Assembly (NCBI GenBank): GCA_002256025.1 | Contig: NKIB01000533.1 | Location: 1-32,140, forward strand | DNA length: 32,140 bases | Source: Asterionella formosa | Taxonomy: Eukaryota | Reading direction: 5' to 3' | Shown here: one piece after another, positions 9,590-20,973 of the stretch | Layout: every line of letters begins with the position of its first letter | Position numbering within the stretch: the stretch's first letter is position 1 | Notes under the pieces: generated by a model | What the model saw: the letters and a program-made list of their open reading frames with translations, nothing else | Databases searched by the model: none | What the model was told of the DNA's origin: nothing | Made by a program: the position numbers and the translations under genes

Positions 9590-11272
9590 CTAGAACAAGC
9601 AACAAGGACTTAAAAAAATTTGACTGGTCTGGTTTTCTTGCCTCCAAATTTGAGCAGCTTGATCAATATGATAGCCCTAAGCAAGAAATGTTTGGTTCCC
9701 CTTTTGCTCCTCCTCCTGGTGCTGCAATCTTCCATTGGGTTTGGATCTACAAGGTTAAGGATGAAGATAACTGTCAAAAAAACAAGAGCTATTTGTGGTG
9801 GTCAAGCACAAATCCATGGCCCCACTTATGGTCCCACCCTGCGCCCTGATATGAAGGATCTTCGCCTCTTCTTTGCCCTTGCTGCTCTTGAAAACAAGTT
9901 AATCTATGGAGCTGGTGTTTCTAATGCTTTTGCTGTAGTAGCAGCTGCTCCTGTACAACAATATTTCATGCAAGTAGATGTTCAATTTCGTGATTGGTGG
10001 TTTGCCACCCTTGTCACATTGATAATATCCTTCAACAAACTTACCAGTTTATTCCTACTGTCTATGCTCCTTGCATTTATTGTGCCACTATCAACAAGGC
10101 TAATGTCTTATTTCTTTGTCAAGTGGATGATTTTGCCATTGCCACTCACAATGAACAGCTTTACACCCAAATTTGCAACTCTCTTCACACCAACCTCCTT
10201 GTACCCATGAAACGCCAAGGACTCTTTACACACTAGCTATAATGGCCTTGACATTGTTCAAACTTGTACCTTCATCACTATGCATTGTGGTTCTTATATC
10301 TGCAAACTCCTTTCTAATCATGGTTGGGATGAGCAATATGAAACCCACACATTTGCCCATGCCTGCTGATAATGAATAAATCCGCACCCTTGACACTGCT
10401 ACTGCTACTGCTCCTACCAATGAGGCTGCATGTCATGCCTTCGACAAGCCCATTTCTGTTATTGGGGTGCTATTGGGGAGCTTATCTGGGCTATGATCAC
10501 TTGTTGCCTTGCTGAACTCAGTGGTCAAACTCAGTCAGTTTTCTACCACTCCTTCAGCTTTACATTCTAACACTGCTGTTAAACAAGCGGGTCTTCCGGT
10601 ACCTTTCTGGTAGCATTGAACATTGTCTCACCTATTGGCATACTGCACCCCACTCCACTCTCCCTCTTGTATCTCCTCCTCCTTTACTTACCCATCCACA
10701 TGATCAACATCTCCTCCATGATGTTTCTGCTGCCACTGAGCATTACTCTCCATTCGCTGTCTTTACTTGGGTATGTTGATTCTGACTGGGCTATGAATAT
10801 CCATCACCATGAGCATCATTCCATTTCAAAGATTATCTTCAAGCTTGCTGGTGCTGCAATTGCCTGGAAATGTTGTGTCCAACCAACAGTCTCCCTCAGT
10901 TCCAATGAAGCTGAATTTCTTGCTGCAAGTGATGCTGGAAAAATGGACCGCCTCTACCTTTGCTCCATCTTAGATGAACTTCATGTTCCCCAGACATATG
11001 CTACCCTACTCTAGGAGGACAACCGTGGTGCCCTTTTGATGTCTCATGCTGGCCAACCTACTAAACAGGCAAGGCACATTGACATTCTTCATTATGTCCC
11101 AACTGATTGCTGGGTTGAATGTGATCAATGCTGCTGATGCCATTACAAAGCAAACTGGAGGTATCATGTTTGCCTGCCATCTTGACACTATCACTGGCCA
11201 CCTTGCTCCGACTTATGTCTCCTCTGTCCCACTTGATTCTTCCCTCTAACCTGCCTTTTGAGCAAGGAGGGG
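9590..11272 (+). pseudogene. Heavily degenerate Ty1/Copia (CoDi-like) reverse transcriptase-RNase H remnant, 5'-truncated
   Basis: Fragments across frames: FLASKFEQLDQYD, LRLFFALAALENKLIYGA.VSNAF, PCIYCA....VLFLCQVDDFAIA, MKRQGLFTH-YNGLDI, GYVDSDWA, LAGAAIAWK...TVSLSSNEAEFLAAS, NAADAITK. Many frameshifts and stops. Polypurine tract AAGGAGGGG ending at 11272. Confidence 0.9.
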
Positions 11273-11540
11273 TGTTAGTGTGACATACATAGTGTTACTG
11301 TGATGTATGTAGTAGTGATGCACTACCAGTGCTGTAGTACAATACGGTTCATACTTGACATGCATCTACACTACATCTACCTCCATTCCTACCATAGAAG
11401 AATATCCTGAGTAATATTACAATTTTGCATTTCATCTTTTGATATTGCATTCACACACAAACTGCGCCTTTTACCCATTTATAGAATGACTCCACCAGCA
11501 GTATGTTGTAATAATCCTCTGCTATTATGTATTTTCAACA
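11273..11540 (+). mobile_element. 3' LTR of the Copia remnant
   Basis: Starts TGTTAG immediately after the PPT and ends TTCAACA at 11540 (TGTT...AACA termini). No matching 5' LTR seen in the window. Confidence 0.7.
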
Positions 11541-12200
11541 CTGGCTACACTTGACTTTTAGTAAACACTCACTCATTGCTCTCTTTTAATTGTGTTGATT
11601 CTGGGAATGGAAGCATCATGCAATACTGATAGAGAAAGGTTAACTTTTGGGCAAAGACTGTAGCTGCAGCTATGAGGGCAGAGGTGAAAGGAAATTACAG
11701 AAACAATTGTCTCAAAAAGCAAAAGCATAATTTTGTCTTCCAGAAATTTTGATTTGTCAACTAGACTCAGTCAGGCCTAAGCATTGAGGGTGATCTAATC
11801 TTTCTCCAAACAGTTCAATTGTAAGGACTGCAATTTCCGACTACCATCTTCCAATCAGAGCTTCAATGTGTAATGCGGATGAAGGATAGCATTCCTTGAG
11901 CATTTGTAGAGCCAATATCTGAGCTTATCTCCATTAATAGGGAGCTGCAATTGCATGTAGTCAAAACATTGCCACATCCTGTCTACTAAAGTATACCAAA
12001 ATGCACACCAGTATATGCATATGCACCTGTTGACTGGCCCTTTGCTGCTAACTTGATCATAACCTTGAATTTAATGAGATTCACTGTTGAGTTTCCCCTT
12101 GCTGACCAGCTGTCATGACGACAGTTTTTATTAGCAACAAAAACATGACCTGGCTGAAAATGCTGCTGTTGAAGGTACTGCAAACAAAATGAATAATGAA

Positions 12201-14261
12201 CTATATCTTTGTGTATATACTTCCTGATGCAACAACTGATATTGGAGACTCCGGCTGCGCAACTTCTTTCTTGATTCTATCGTTAGGGTGTGTATACACA
12301 ATGCTGGATGTCTCACTCTTAGCCAATGACTCTGTTGTGCTTCTATTTGGCGAAAATCTCGACGCTTCGGCAACCAACTCTCCAAACGTGGTCCAGCCTT
12401 CGTCGTCGTCCATGTCAAAGGCATAAATTCCCCCGAAGCCAGCCTTCGATGTCTCAAACGCGTGGTCACTAAAAGCATGATTGTCATCATGCCTTTCTGG
12501 CTCAAGAGAACCACTATTAACGTCTTCCGCCTCCTGAGTAGAAGTACCCAGGAGAAGGTTTGTGTCAAGTGGCTCGTCGTCGTTGGACTGTGCCGGTTTC
12601 AGATTGTACGCGATAGCTGCATGCTCAGCAAGAGACATAATGATAGAGTAGGCTTCAGAAACATGAGAAGGAGCAATCGAACTGTCAATATCTGACTCCT
12701 CAAGTAAAAGATCGGAATCATAATTAATGTAACCGCCCTCGGGTTCAACTTTGCTGACCAGGGTATTGCTGTGTTTCTCAAGTACAGTAGGCCAGACATC
12801 GTCTCCAGTTGCTTTAGTCCTCTTCTCTATATGAAAGAATGAGGCAGGCAAGGTAGGCGGAGCAGAAAAATCATCATCAATGCTGTAGTGATATTCGCAC
12901 TCTTGGGTGTTATCATCACTTGACTTGGCTGCGACGAAGTTAATCCACTCCGATTGCAACTTCTCTTTGGCGGCAGAAGAAGGCAAACTTACCACAAAGT
13001 CACCTTCTCTATCAAGATGCTCTGACTTTGTAGAGTCATGTTCCACTGAATGTTTCGGCCACACGCTTTTGACAATATTTGGGTCAAAACAGTCATCAGG
13101 GGATGGAGTGTCCATTGGGTTTGTGCCGTAGTCTGTGGCAATAGCTGCCACGAGGACCAAATCATCCAGAAAGATGCCTCCTTTCTTCTGCAAAGGGATG
13201 ACGGCGTTGCATACTTGTTTCTTCCGGTTGCTTTCATTGGTAGTGTGTATTGTTTCATTGGATTCACCAGACTTAATACTGGAACCAATAGCCTCTAACA
13301 CGATTCCTCGAGCGTCCAATTGCGACTGAGATGAACGTGTTGCCATAGCAGCTTCATATTGAGACTGTGTTTCGAGCAAATCTTGCAAATCATCGAGAAT
13401 GTCGTCAGGGGAAAAGGTGATTTCTGTACTTTCGTCAGAAAGTACAAGGAAGTGTGCCGTGTCGGCTCCACCAGCAGCTGTCTGGAGAATGTATTTTGAG
13501 ATTTCTCGCTCCAACGAGTTTCCTCGCTTTTGGTGGCTATGTATGGAACGTTTGTATTGCTTGGATGATTTTGAGGCAAGTGAAATTGCTTCGGCCTTGA
13601 AAGAATCAACACTAGTGCATCCATCTCTGGACATGGCATCTCTAGCGATTTGAACGAAAACAACATCAGCTGTATTGCATGTGGAGCCATCACCACTCCG
13701 ATTACTTGCAGCTAGAGAGGGGCGTGTTAAATGTTGCACAATTCGGTCCACATCATCAAGATTTGATATGAGTCCTTCTTTCGAGTAAGAAGAAACGTCC
13801 TTGGACACAATTGTACTACAGCTGATAGAGATATCGTCGTCAACTTGTGCTTTCATACGTCGCTGCAGTAACGGAGGACTCCTAATAGAGTCACTACATG
13901 AGGCGTTGTCTGTTGGTGCAAGGTCAATGTCAACACTCGGCCTTTCCGGATTACAATTAATCAGGTTTCTCGTCACCAATGGCTGTGCAATATTCGGATT
14001 TGCTCCGTACACGAGGCGCCCTCTCATAGCGAGGCGGTTAGCAAATTCATCTTGAGAATCAAATTGGTTGGGGCTGTCTTCTGCCTTTGGATTTGGATAC
14101 TGAATCCGTTGGTTCTGCAGCTGTGTTTCGTCAGTCGACCCCTTGCCTTCCGCCTCAAAGACTTCCGGGCTGAAATTTGAACCTGCATCAAATAGGAAGG
14201 AATCCAGTTCTGCCAGGGCTAAGGATGCCATTTTGGGCGATTTTTGATCATCGACAGCCAT
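12201..14261 (-). CDS. Hypothetical acidic, Ser/Asp-rich, largely disordered protein (~686 aa)
   Basis: Uninterrupted 2.1-kb ORF with gene-like GC and CpG content. First ATG at 14261 (MAVDDQKS). No domain recognised. Confidence 0.75.
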   Translation of the reverse strand: MAVDDQKSPKMASLALAELDSFLFDAGSNFSPEVFEAEGKGSTDETQLQNQRIQYPNPKAEDSPNQFDSQDEFANRLAMRGRLVYGANPNIAQPLVTRNLINCNPERPSVDIDLAPTDNASCSDSIRSPPLLQRRMKAQVDDDISISCSTIVSKDVSSYSKEGLISNLDDVDRIVQHLTRPSLAASNRSGDGSTCNTADVVFVQIARDAMSRDGCTSVDSFKAEAISLASKSSKQYKRSIHSHQKRGNSLEREISKYILQTAAGGADTAHFLVLSDESTEITFSPDDILDDLQDLLETQSQYEAAMATRSSQSQLDARGIVLEAIGSSIKSGESNETIHTTNESNRKKQVCNAVIPLQKKGGIFLDDLVLVAAIATDYGTNPMDTPSPDDCFDPNIVKSVWPKHSVEHDSTKSEHLDREGDFVVSLPSSAAKEKLQSEWINFVAAKSSDDNTQECEYHYSIDDDFSAPPTLPASFFHIEKRTKATGDDVWPTVLEKHSNTLVSKVEPEGGYINYDSDLLLEESDIDSSIAPSHVSEAYSIIMSLAEHAAIAYNLKPAQSNDDEPLDTNLLLGTSTQEAEDVNSGSLEPERHDDNHAFSDHAFETSKAGFGGIYAFDMDDDEGWTTFGELVAEASRFSPNRSTTESLAKSETSSIVYTHPNDRIKKEVAQPESPISVVASGSIYTKI

Positions 14262-14969
14262 GGTCCTTGCTGAAGAAGTGAATTGTGAAGTTATTCGATA
14301 GTACTTCGTTTTTATGTGCCTCCTTGTTGTCAACCCGACTCAGCCTCAAAATTAGTTTACCTGGCGGCTCAGATAGAAATTCTCTTCCACTTTGGGTTAT
14401 ACTGAACGCCACTCCATTTATTTGGATGCATTCTTTTGGCGGGAACTCTCATTGTTTTGTTAAAAATGGCGTTGAAATATGTGTGTAAGCTATAGCATTG
14501 TATATTTGTTATTATGTGCCAGCCATTTCCTGACATGTTGTAAGCTACAGCATTGATTATTATTATGATCCCTTGACAAGTCGACCCGCCCGACAAATTT
14601 CCTGTGCGTCGTTTTGGATGAGGTGCCAACCTGGTTACAAGAGGAAGTTGCGGCGATAAGCAGAAGACGGTTTTTATTACGAGGAAATCACAGCTGTAAC
14701 TTCCCAGTTAGTAAGTAAGTATACCTATCACAAGTAATCATTGGGTTCCTGGCTGGTATGGTATTGCCTGGTACTACTGCAAGCTGCGGTAATTTTGCTG
14801 ATTCACGTGAGCGGCTGACGGGCAGGCACAGGAATTCCAACTGAAATGAGCTGGAGCGTTAAAGGTTAAATCAATAACGCTTGGGGCATACCAGTGAAAT
14901 CTACGTTCGCCAAATCATTTTGAGCGAAACGTTTCGGTCCAAAATATGTCATTAAGATAAACTACAGTG

Positions 14970-15870
14970 TAAAACGGTTTAATTTACGAGAATTCAGGAT
15001 AAGATAATTACAATTATTGTTTTAGAGACATACAAAACGTTTCAGACATAGGTAAAATTGTTTCAGACGATTTCCTGTCTGACGATTTTTTGTCAGACGA
15101 TTCTCGCTCTTCGTCACTCCTTAAAAAGTATGCCGTAGACATCTACTGTCAAAAAACCAGGGAACCTTTCTAGTCGCTTGCATATAATTATTACTAAGCC
15201 AATCTTTTCTTTACGTAAAACACTACGTTTTGAGTGTGATCATTGTGGCTGGACTAGGTACCAGGTACCGGAACATAAATCCAACACAACATAGAAAATG
15301 CAATGGTAAAAGAATAATTGTTATGACACTTATATATCAACGAAAATTGAGATAAATATACACTATTCAAAACAATGATGTTTCGAAATGATTCAACAAT
15401 TTACAATGGTAGCTGCATAATGAATACTACAATAACTAGAACAATATGATGATTATTGGCAATTTCTGTTGTCTGATCAACTCTATGCATCTCGATTTAT
15501 GTTGATGTTTTGAGAAGAAGAAAAGATGCATCGATTGCAATTGAATTGCTTGTTCACTATCATTGATCAATATGTACATGCATGTGAATGTATAATGTTG
15601 AGGCACCAGCGGCGCAGTCTCAGTGGACAAGAAACTACCGGTACTTACAATTTGCTCGTAGGAGTACATCCTAGTAGTATGATATATGGCAAACAGGTAC
15701 CCACCCAGGAGCTTGTGTCAGACAATATTTTGTCTGACAGCATTTTCAGATATCAGTATCTACTTGTCAGACACACACAACAAGCAACTAGCCCCAGCCA
15801 CATACAATAATAGCACTATAGTAATTCATTTTAGACAAATTAATTCTACATATTTTGATTTAACGGAATA
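14970..15870. mobile_element. Probable decayed non-autonomous DNA element with mirrored subterminal (G/T)TC(A/T)GAC arrays
   Basis: Motifs at 15041/15062/15077/15092 (spacing 21,15,15) and 15717/15732/15745/15766 (spacing 15,13,21). Ragged inverted similarity continues outward. Boundaries approximate. Confidence 0.4.
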
Positions 15871-18230
15871 AATTGATGCTTAGTCATGATATTAAAAATA
15901 AAGTCGTCGACAAGCCTGCCAGATCTATCAACACAGCTTGGCTTCGAGCAGACCAGCAAATTCGAATTGAATATTCCACGATATCACAGGCTCAATCTTT
16001 CATACTTACATGAGAGCCAGAATGTTTACCGCAACTTGCTGGTACTAGCAAGTTGTGGTCATTTTGCTGAAATTGACAACGTGATGCAGGACTTGCGTTT
16101 CAATACATAGAAAACATCATCAATTTACTCTTTCTAATCGTCTGTGGTATGATCAACACTAAGTGCTCTTAGTGAAGTAGGTTTTAGAATGAATTTGCTG
16201 TCCCACCAGTTGTTCTTGCTATAAATCTTAGGCCGAAAAGCCTTATTGAACTTTTTTCTCTGTCGTTGAGAAGCTTGTTGTGTGCTTCGATTTGACCAGC
16301 AAACCTCGCTTGAGTAGCAAGGATATCAATTGGTTCCTGGAAAGGCTGTTGATGATATAATGTGAGTAAATTATAAAAATGTAAATGACAATGACCGCAA
16401 ATTATCAAATAATATTTTTGCGCCAATAACACATACCAGTGTTGATGCTGTCGCCTGTAGAGTAGCTGTGTCAGGATCCATGAGTATGCCAGAATGTTAA
16501 TAAATCATGAATTCAGGCAGCATAGAAAGGATGCAATAGGTAGGTTGTTGATGATTTAACATTATCATCATCAGAATCATCAATGGAACATTGATGCATT
16601 GCCAACAGCGAAAATACGCTCTATACTTACCATCTGATGGACTTCTGGCATGGTAACAAGGAACAGATTTTTCCACGAAAAATCTGAAAAAACCCAAAAT
16701 GGTTTTTCTTTGCGGTAAGAACGGCTTTTTGGCGTCAGAGAATCACTGCCGGGTTCGAATTCCTCTGGAATTGAAAATTTTCCGAATGCGGTTACACATT
16801 GCGAGGTCTGTTTTTTCCAAAACATTTTTAAGATGTACCTCAATTCTGATTGGTCGAATTGAAAATATTCACCTGCTCCTGATTGGCTGAAGTTCCGGTC
16901 TTGTAAAATCACGCCAGTCACACTCGAACCACATGTATTAGATGTTCTGAATTTCGGTAGGTAAAATCAGTACCGGTATTAGATTCATCCTTTCTTCCTT
17001 TATCATGAACCAAGATTCTTATGTACTACTTCACAAATACCGGACCGGTACTCTGGTACTTTATTACGGATTTTGATAATCCCTCTGGTTGCAAATAATT
17101 GCGTCGAATCGCCGGCACCACTAGTGTCTTTACTGTTCGCACATAAAGGATTACGTAGCAAAAATGCCATCTTAATACGTGAGGATAGGCTTACTCGAAA
17201 AATTCGTTCGTTATTAGTTACATAGATGTGCATACCCTCTGTTTCTGTAATATAATTAATAGCATTTAAATAAATTATTCGAAACCGATTTGGCATAGAT
17301 ATCTTAATTACTTACAAATAAATACCGCCAAATGCCGTTTTATATTGGCCGGCTATTCAAATATTTGTGGGAAACCAAATAGAAAAAGCCACTACCATAT
17401 CTGGCGCCGATTCCTAATTAATTCATATATTCAAATGGACACTCGAATCATGGGAATCATAGAAGCAAACTCCTTGTTCCAAACAGTTTTTGCAACCCTA
17501 GCGACGTTTTCTCCAAACTAGGGTTAAGCCGGGGCCGCAACCTTTATGTTCCTGCATTTCAACCCTAAGGCAAAAAATAAATATTGCTCAAGGTGGCCAA
17601 AATTCCCTGGAGCTGAGAATTTATATGAGCTATTTTTGAATCACATGAGATTCCATTTGAAATAATCAAATCAGTGGAAATTTGCGCGTAGTCTACGTAC
17701 GCACATAGATTCCTTTTTGAATTCACTTACTGTATATATAGACATTGTACATTGTTACATGTATATATACCGATGATTATTTTTCTTATATGCAACCCGG
17801 CGCCTCCGCAAATTTTTGAAAGTGCGCTCAACAAGTGGTATAGTACACGTATGATGTCCAATGATGATCATTTCCTAGCACCAGTAGTGGATATAGTACC
17901 GGCCTACTGGTACACCCAACGAAATGCTACATGTGTATCCAATGGGTCCAGTGTGGGTTTGCAATTCCTCTCACAATCAAACGGAGGTGGTAAGTATTTG
18001 GCAATAGCCAATCAGTACAAATATAATACTGCGCGCACTTACAATGGAATTTTTGGTACAGGAAACTTTACAACTAAATATTGCATCACAAGACTCTGAT
18101 GTAGATGATGATATTTCGGTGCTAAGTGGTTCTGATTCCGATGTTTTGGAGACAGTCAAAAAGGCCAATTTGGTCAAATTTTTTGACGATGATAGCTCAA
18201 GGTTGGCTGGGTCTGAAGGCAATTTAGATA

Positions 18231-18434
18231 CATAGGTAGCCTTCAAATAGCATCATTATATAATTTCTGTTGAGAAACTGCAGAAAGGAACTTCTGTTTT
18301 ATTATTATCCCATATAAAGTGATTTCCCCGAAATTTCTAGTCTTTATAGCATACCGGTAGTAAAAAATCGAAGTTCCTTTTCTGCAGTTTCTTGCCAGAT
18401 CTTATATCCTGACGATATATAACGTTGACCTATG
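18231..18434. repeat. Imperfect foldback (long inverted repeat), MITE-like
   Basis: AGAAACTGCAGAAAGGAACTTC (18273-18294) is the inverse of 18370-18392 with one indel. The outer arms stay in register out to CATAGGT (18231)/ACCTATG (18434). Confidence 0.75.
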
Positions 18435-18486
18435 CACCTACTTTGGTCAATGACTGTATCTAAGCATATTTTATGGAAAGGGTGTA

Positions 18487-20592
18487 CAGTGAAACCTCCC
18501 TTTAAGATACACCCTGTTTGCTCCTAAATTTATGGCCTTTTCGTATCCTATAGGGAGGTGTATCTTATAAGGAGGTTCAGCAAGTTTACGCTATTTTGTA
18601 CTCCGTACATACTACAGTACCAGGGTACATAATATGTACAATATGCATAGACCAAGGCAGGGTTGTTTAATCCAATTATTTGCAGTTTATTATAAAAACA
18701 TTGATTTTCATTTGGAAGAAGAAAAAAGATTCAATTGGATATTGAAAAAGCCTAGAATGAGACCTTTTTTGAATAGCAGCAATTATTTCAAGCAATGGAA
18801 GTTCCTGCTCAAATAAATCCATTTCTGTCACATACATCAGTGCTGTTTTTAAACCAAGCAATGCATCTCTTGAGATTATAGGAGCCTTATTGGACTCATC
18901 ATTGATTACTGCCATAGCACTGCCTTCGTCCAAGGCACTGTCATCCTCCTCATCCCCTTCATCAATATGTTCAGCAACCAAATTTTCAATCAAAGATTCA
19001 GCACATGGGATTGCATATTCACCAATACAATCTTTAACATAATGAATGTCAACTTCTCCAAGCCTCTCCATCAGCTCCTCCACTTCATTTTCAGTTTCCT
19101 CTGGTACTGATACACATTCTTCATCACATACTTGTTTAAACCCACATGCTTCAAAGCATTTTTGAATTGTTTCAGTTGTGACACTTCCCCAGGATGTAGC
19201 CATAAACTTCATTGCATCAATAACCTGCAATTTCTTAGCCAGATCTGCTGCCAATAGATACTCATTAGAAATAGGATTTGTCATCCAAGCTTTGCCACAT
19301 GACTTGTACGCAACTCCAAGGCGGCCGGCTCAAATCAATGTTTCGAAAACAACGAGGCCTCTTGGATTTCCCAATTATGAGCGGCTGCAGCTTTTCCCCA
19401 GCTGCACTGCATGTCAAGGCAACTGTAACTCGATCCTTAGCTAATTTTCCTCCTTTGCATGATTTTGATACTTGATTGAGAGTTGAATTTGGGAGAACAC
19501 GATAAAAGTATCCAGTCTCATCCATGTTGAAAATATTGGCTGGAGTATATCCATAACACAAACTAGCCAAGAAACCTTTCCATTCTTCAGCCTTATCAAT
19601 GTCTACATTCCCAGACTCTCCACAAATAGCATAGGATTTGACATTGTGTCTCTTCTTCCATTTTTCAAGCCAGCCATTAGATGTCTTGCTTAAATGCTTT
19701 GGCAATCAACAAAGCTTTGCTTTGTAGGATGGGTCCACTAATTGGATATCCAGTTGCGCAAGCAGTGCAAAACCATCTCCACAATACTGTGTTGATTTCT
19801 GTACCAGTATTGAGGCAAGCCATTTTCATGGATCGCATCGATTTTCCTTCCATCAGTAAGTCGTCCTGCTTTTTCTTTGCTTTTTGAACAGTTCCAATGC
19901 TTATGCCAAGTTTAAAAGCAACTTCTCTAACACTATTCCCTTCACCAAGAAGCTTTATTGCCGCTAAACTTGTATCAATGAAAACAATTTTACGCTTTAA
20001 CTTCATTTCCGACATGCTTGTCACAACTCCTTCAGTTCCCAATGGCAATGATGTCTGAGTCTTGGAGATTGTAATAATTGAAAGAATTGAAGCAAATGGA
20101 CAAGTGTCAGTCAAGCTTCCTTTCAGTAAAGTATAACTAAAAATTATAATAAAAGGGTCATGAGCAAGTACTATTGTCACGAGTGGTGATACTACCACCA
20201 GATCATTGCTACCGGTACTAAGCAAGATGATGTGGTAGGTATTCTACTGACGCTTCTATTACTGTGCTTGCGTAAGCATGCATTTTTGTATGCGTAAACA
20301 TATAAAATGATACTCTCAGTAGTACTGAAGATTGTCAGTCCACAGCAGTGATTTGAGATCATCAAAACATGCAAAACAAGGAAAAAACTGCTGGCGCAAA
20401 CTGAGTGCAGACTGTCCGGTGCTCGTTTTTATCTTATGCAGAGGTCAGAATAACCCAATTTTTCAGCGAAAGTGTATCCAAGTGTATCTTATATAGAGTA
20501 TCCTTTGCAAGGATAGCTATCCAAATTGGGGGTGCTTCATTGAGAAAAGTGTAACTTATATAGAGGGTGTATCCTATAGGGAGGTTTCACTG
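18487..20592 (-). mobile_element. pogo/Tigger-family (Tc1/mariner superfamily) DNA transposon, 2106 bp, both ends intact, non-autonomous
   Basis: 29-bp TIRs CAGTGAAACCTCCCT(T/A)TA(A/G)GATACACCCT with 2 mismatches. TA target duplication at 18485-86 and 20593-94. Subterminal GTATC(C/T)TATA repeats at both ends. Confidence 0.95.
18676..20015 (-). pseudogene. pogo/Tigger transposase pseudogene (HTH_psq/CENP-B HTH + partial DDE_1)
   Basis: Motifs SVREVAFKLGISIGTV, LWRWF...PISGPILQSKA, SNGWLEKWKKRHN, IFNMDETG, GGKLAKDRVTVAL..SAAGEKL.PLIIGKSKRPRCF, KAWMT, W..VTTETIQKCF..CGF. Frameshifts near 19690 and 19325 (4-bp duplication). The catalytic core after KAWMT is missing. Confidence 0.92.
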
Positions 20593-20973
20593 TATTTTGT
20601 TGAAAGCTCCGTATAGCGATATACATTTATTTTTACTCGTAAGAAGTGTTTGTTTGAGTACTCTGACACAATATTATTTTTTTATCTCTAGCTCTAAACT
20701 AGGGTTGAAATGCATGCCGCATACTATGTGACACAAGCATAAATATTTATCATACTATGTAGCGGTACCAGGTACCGGTATTACAGTACCTGTTACGCAC
20801 CCCCGAAGACAACTATTGCTGCTTAGGAGTACTTTTTATAATTGGTACTGCTAGACATATCGCTCCTGCCTGCTGTGAACATGATACGACTGTTTTACTA
20901 GATGATTTTTCATCATTTAAGAAAAAACTTAAACTACGGGTACACCGGTTGACGACAATTCACTTTCACCGTC

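Noticed and set aside
9620..11249. Track ORFs 9620-10210, 10616-11014 and neighbours as membrane-protein genes
   Set aside because: They are frame-chimeric pieces of the decayed Copia pol; the hydrophobic stretches are out-of-frame translations.
11466..11475. GCCTTTTACC identical to the U5 snRNA loop I motif
   Set aside because: Lies inside the Copia LTR with no flanking stem or Sm site.
20683..20699. Minus strand GTTTAGAGCTAGAGATA resembles the start of the SpCas9 sgRNA scaffold
   Set aside because: Short imperfect match with no rest of the scaffold, no array and no cas gene; consistent with chance.
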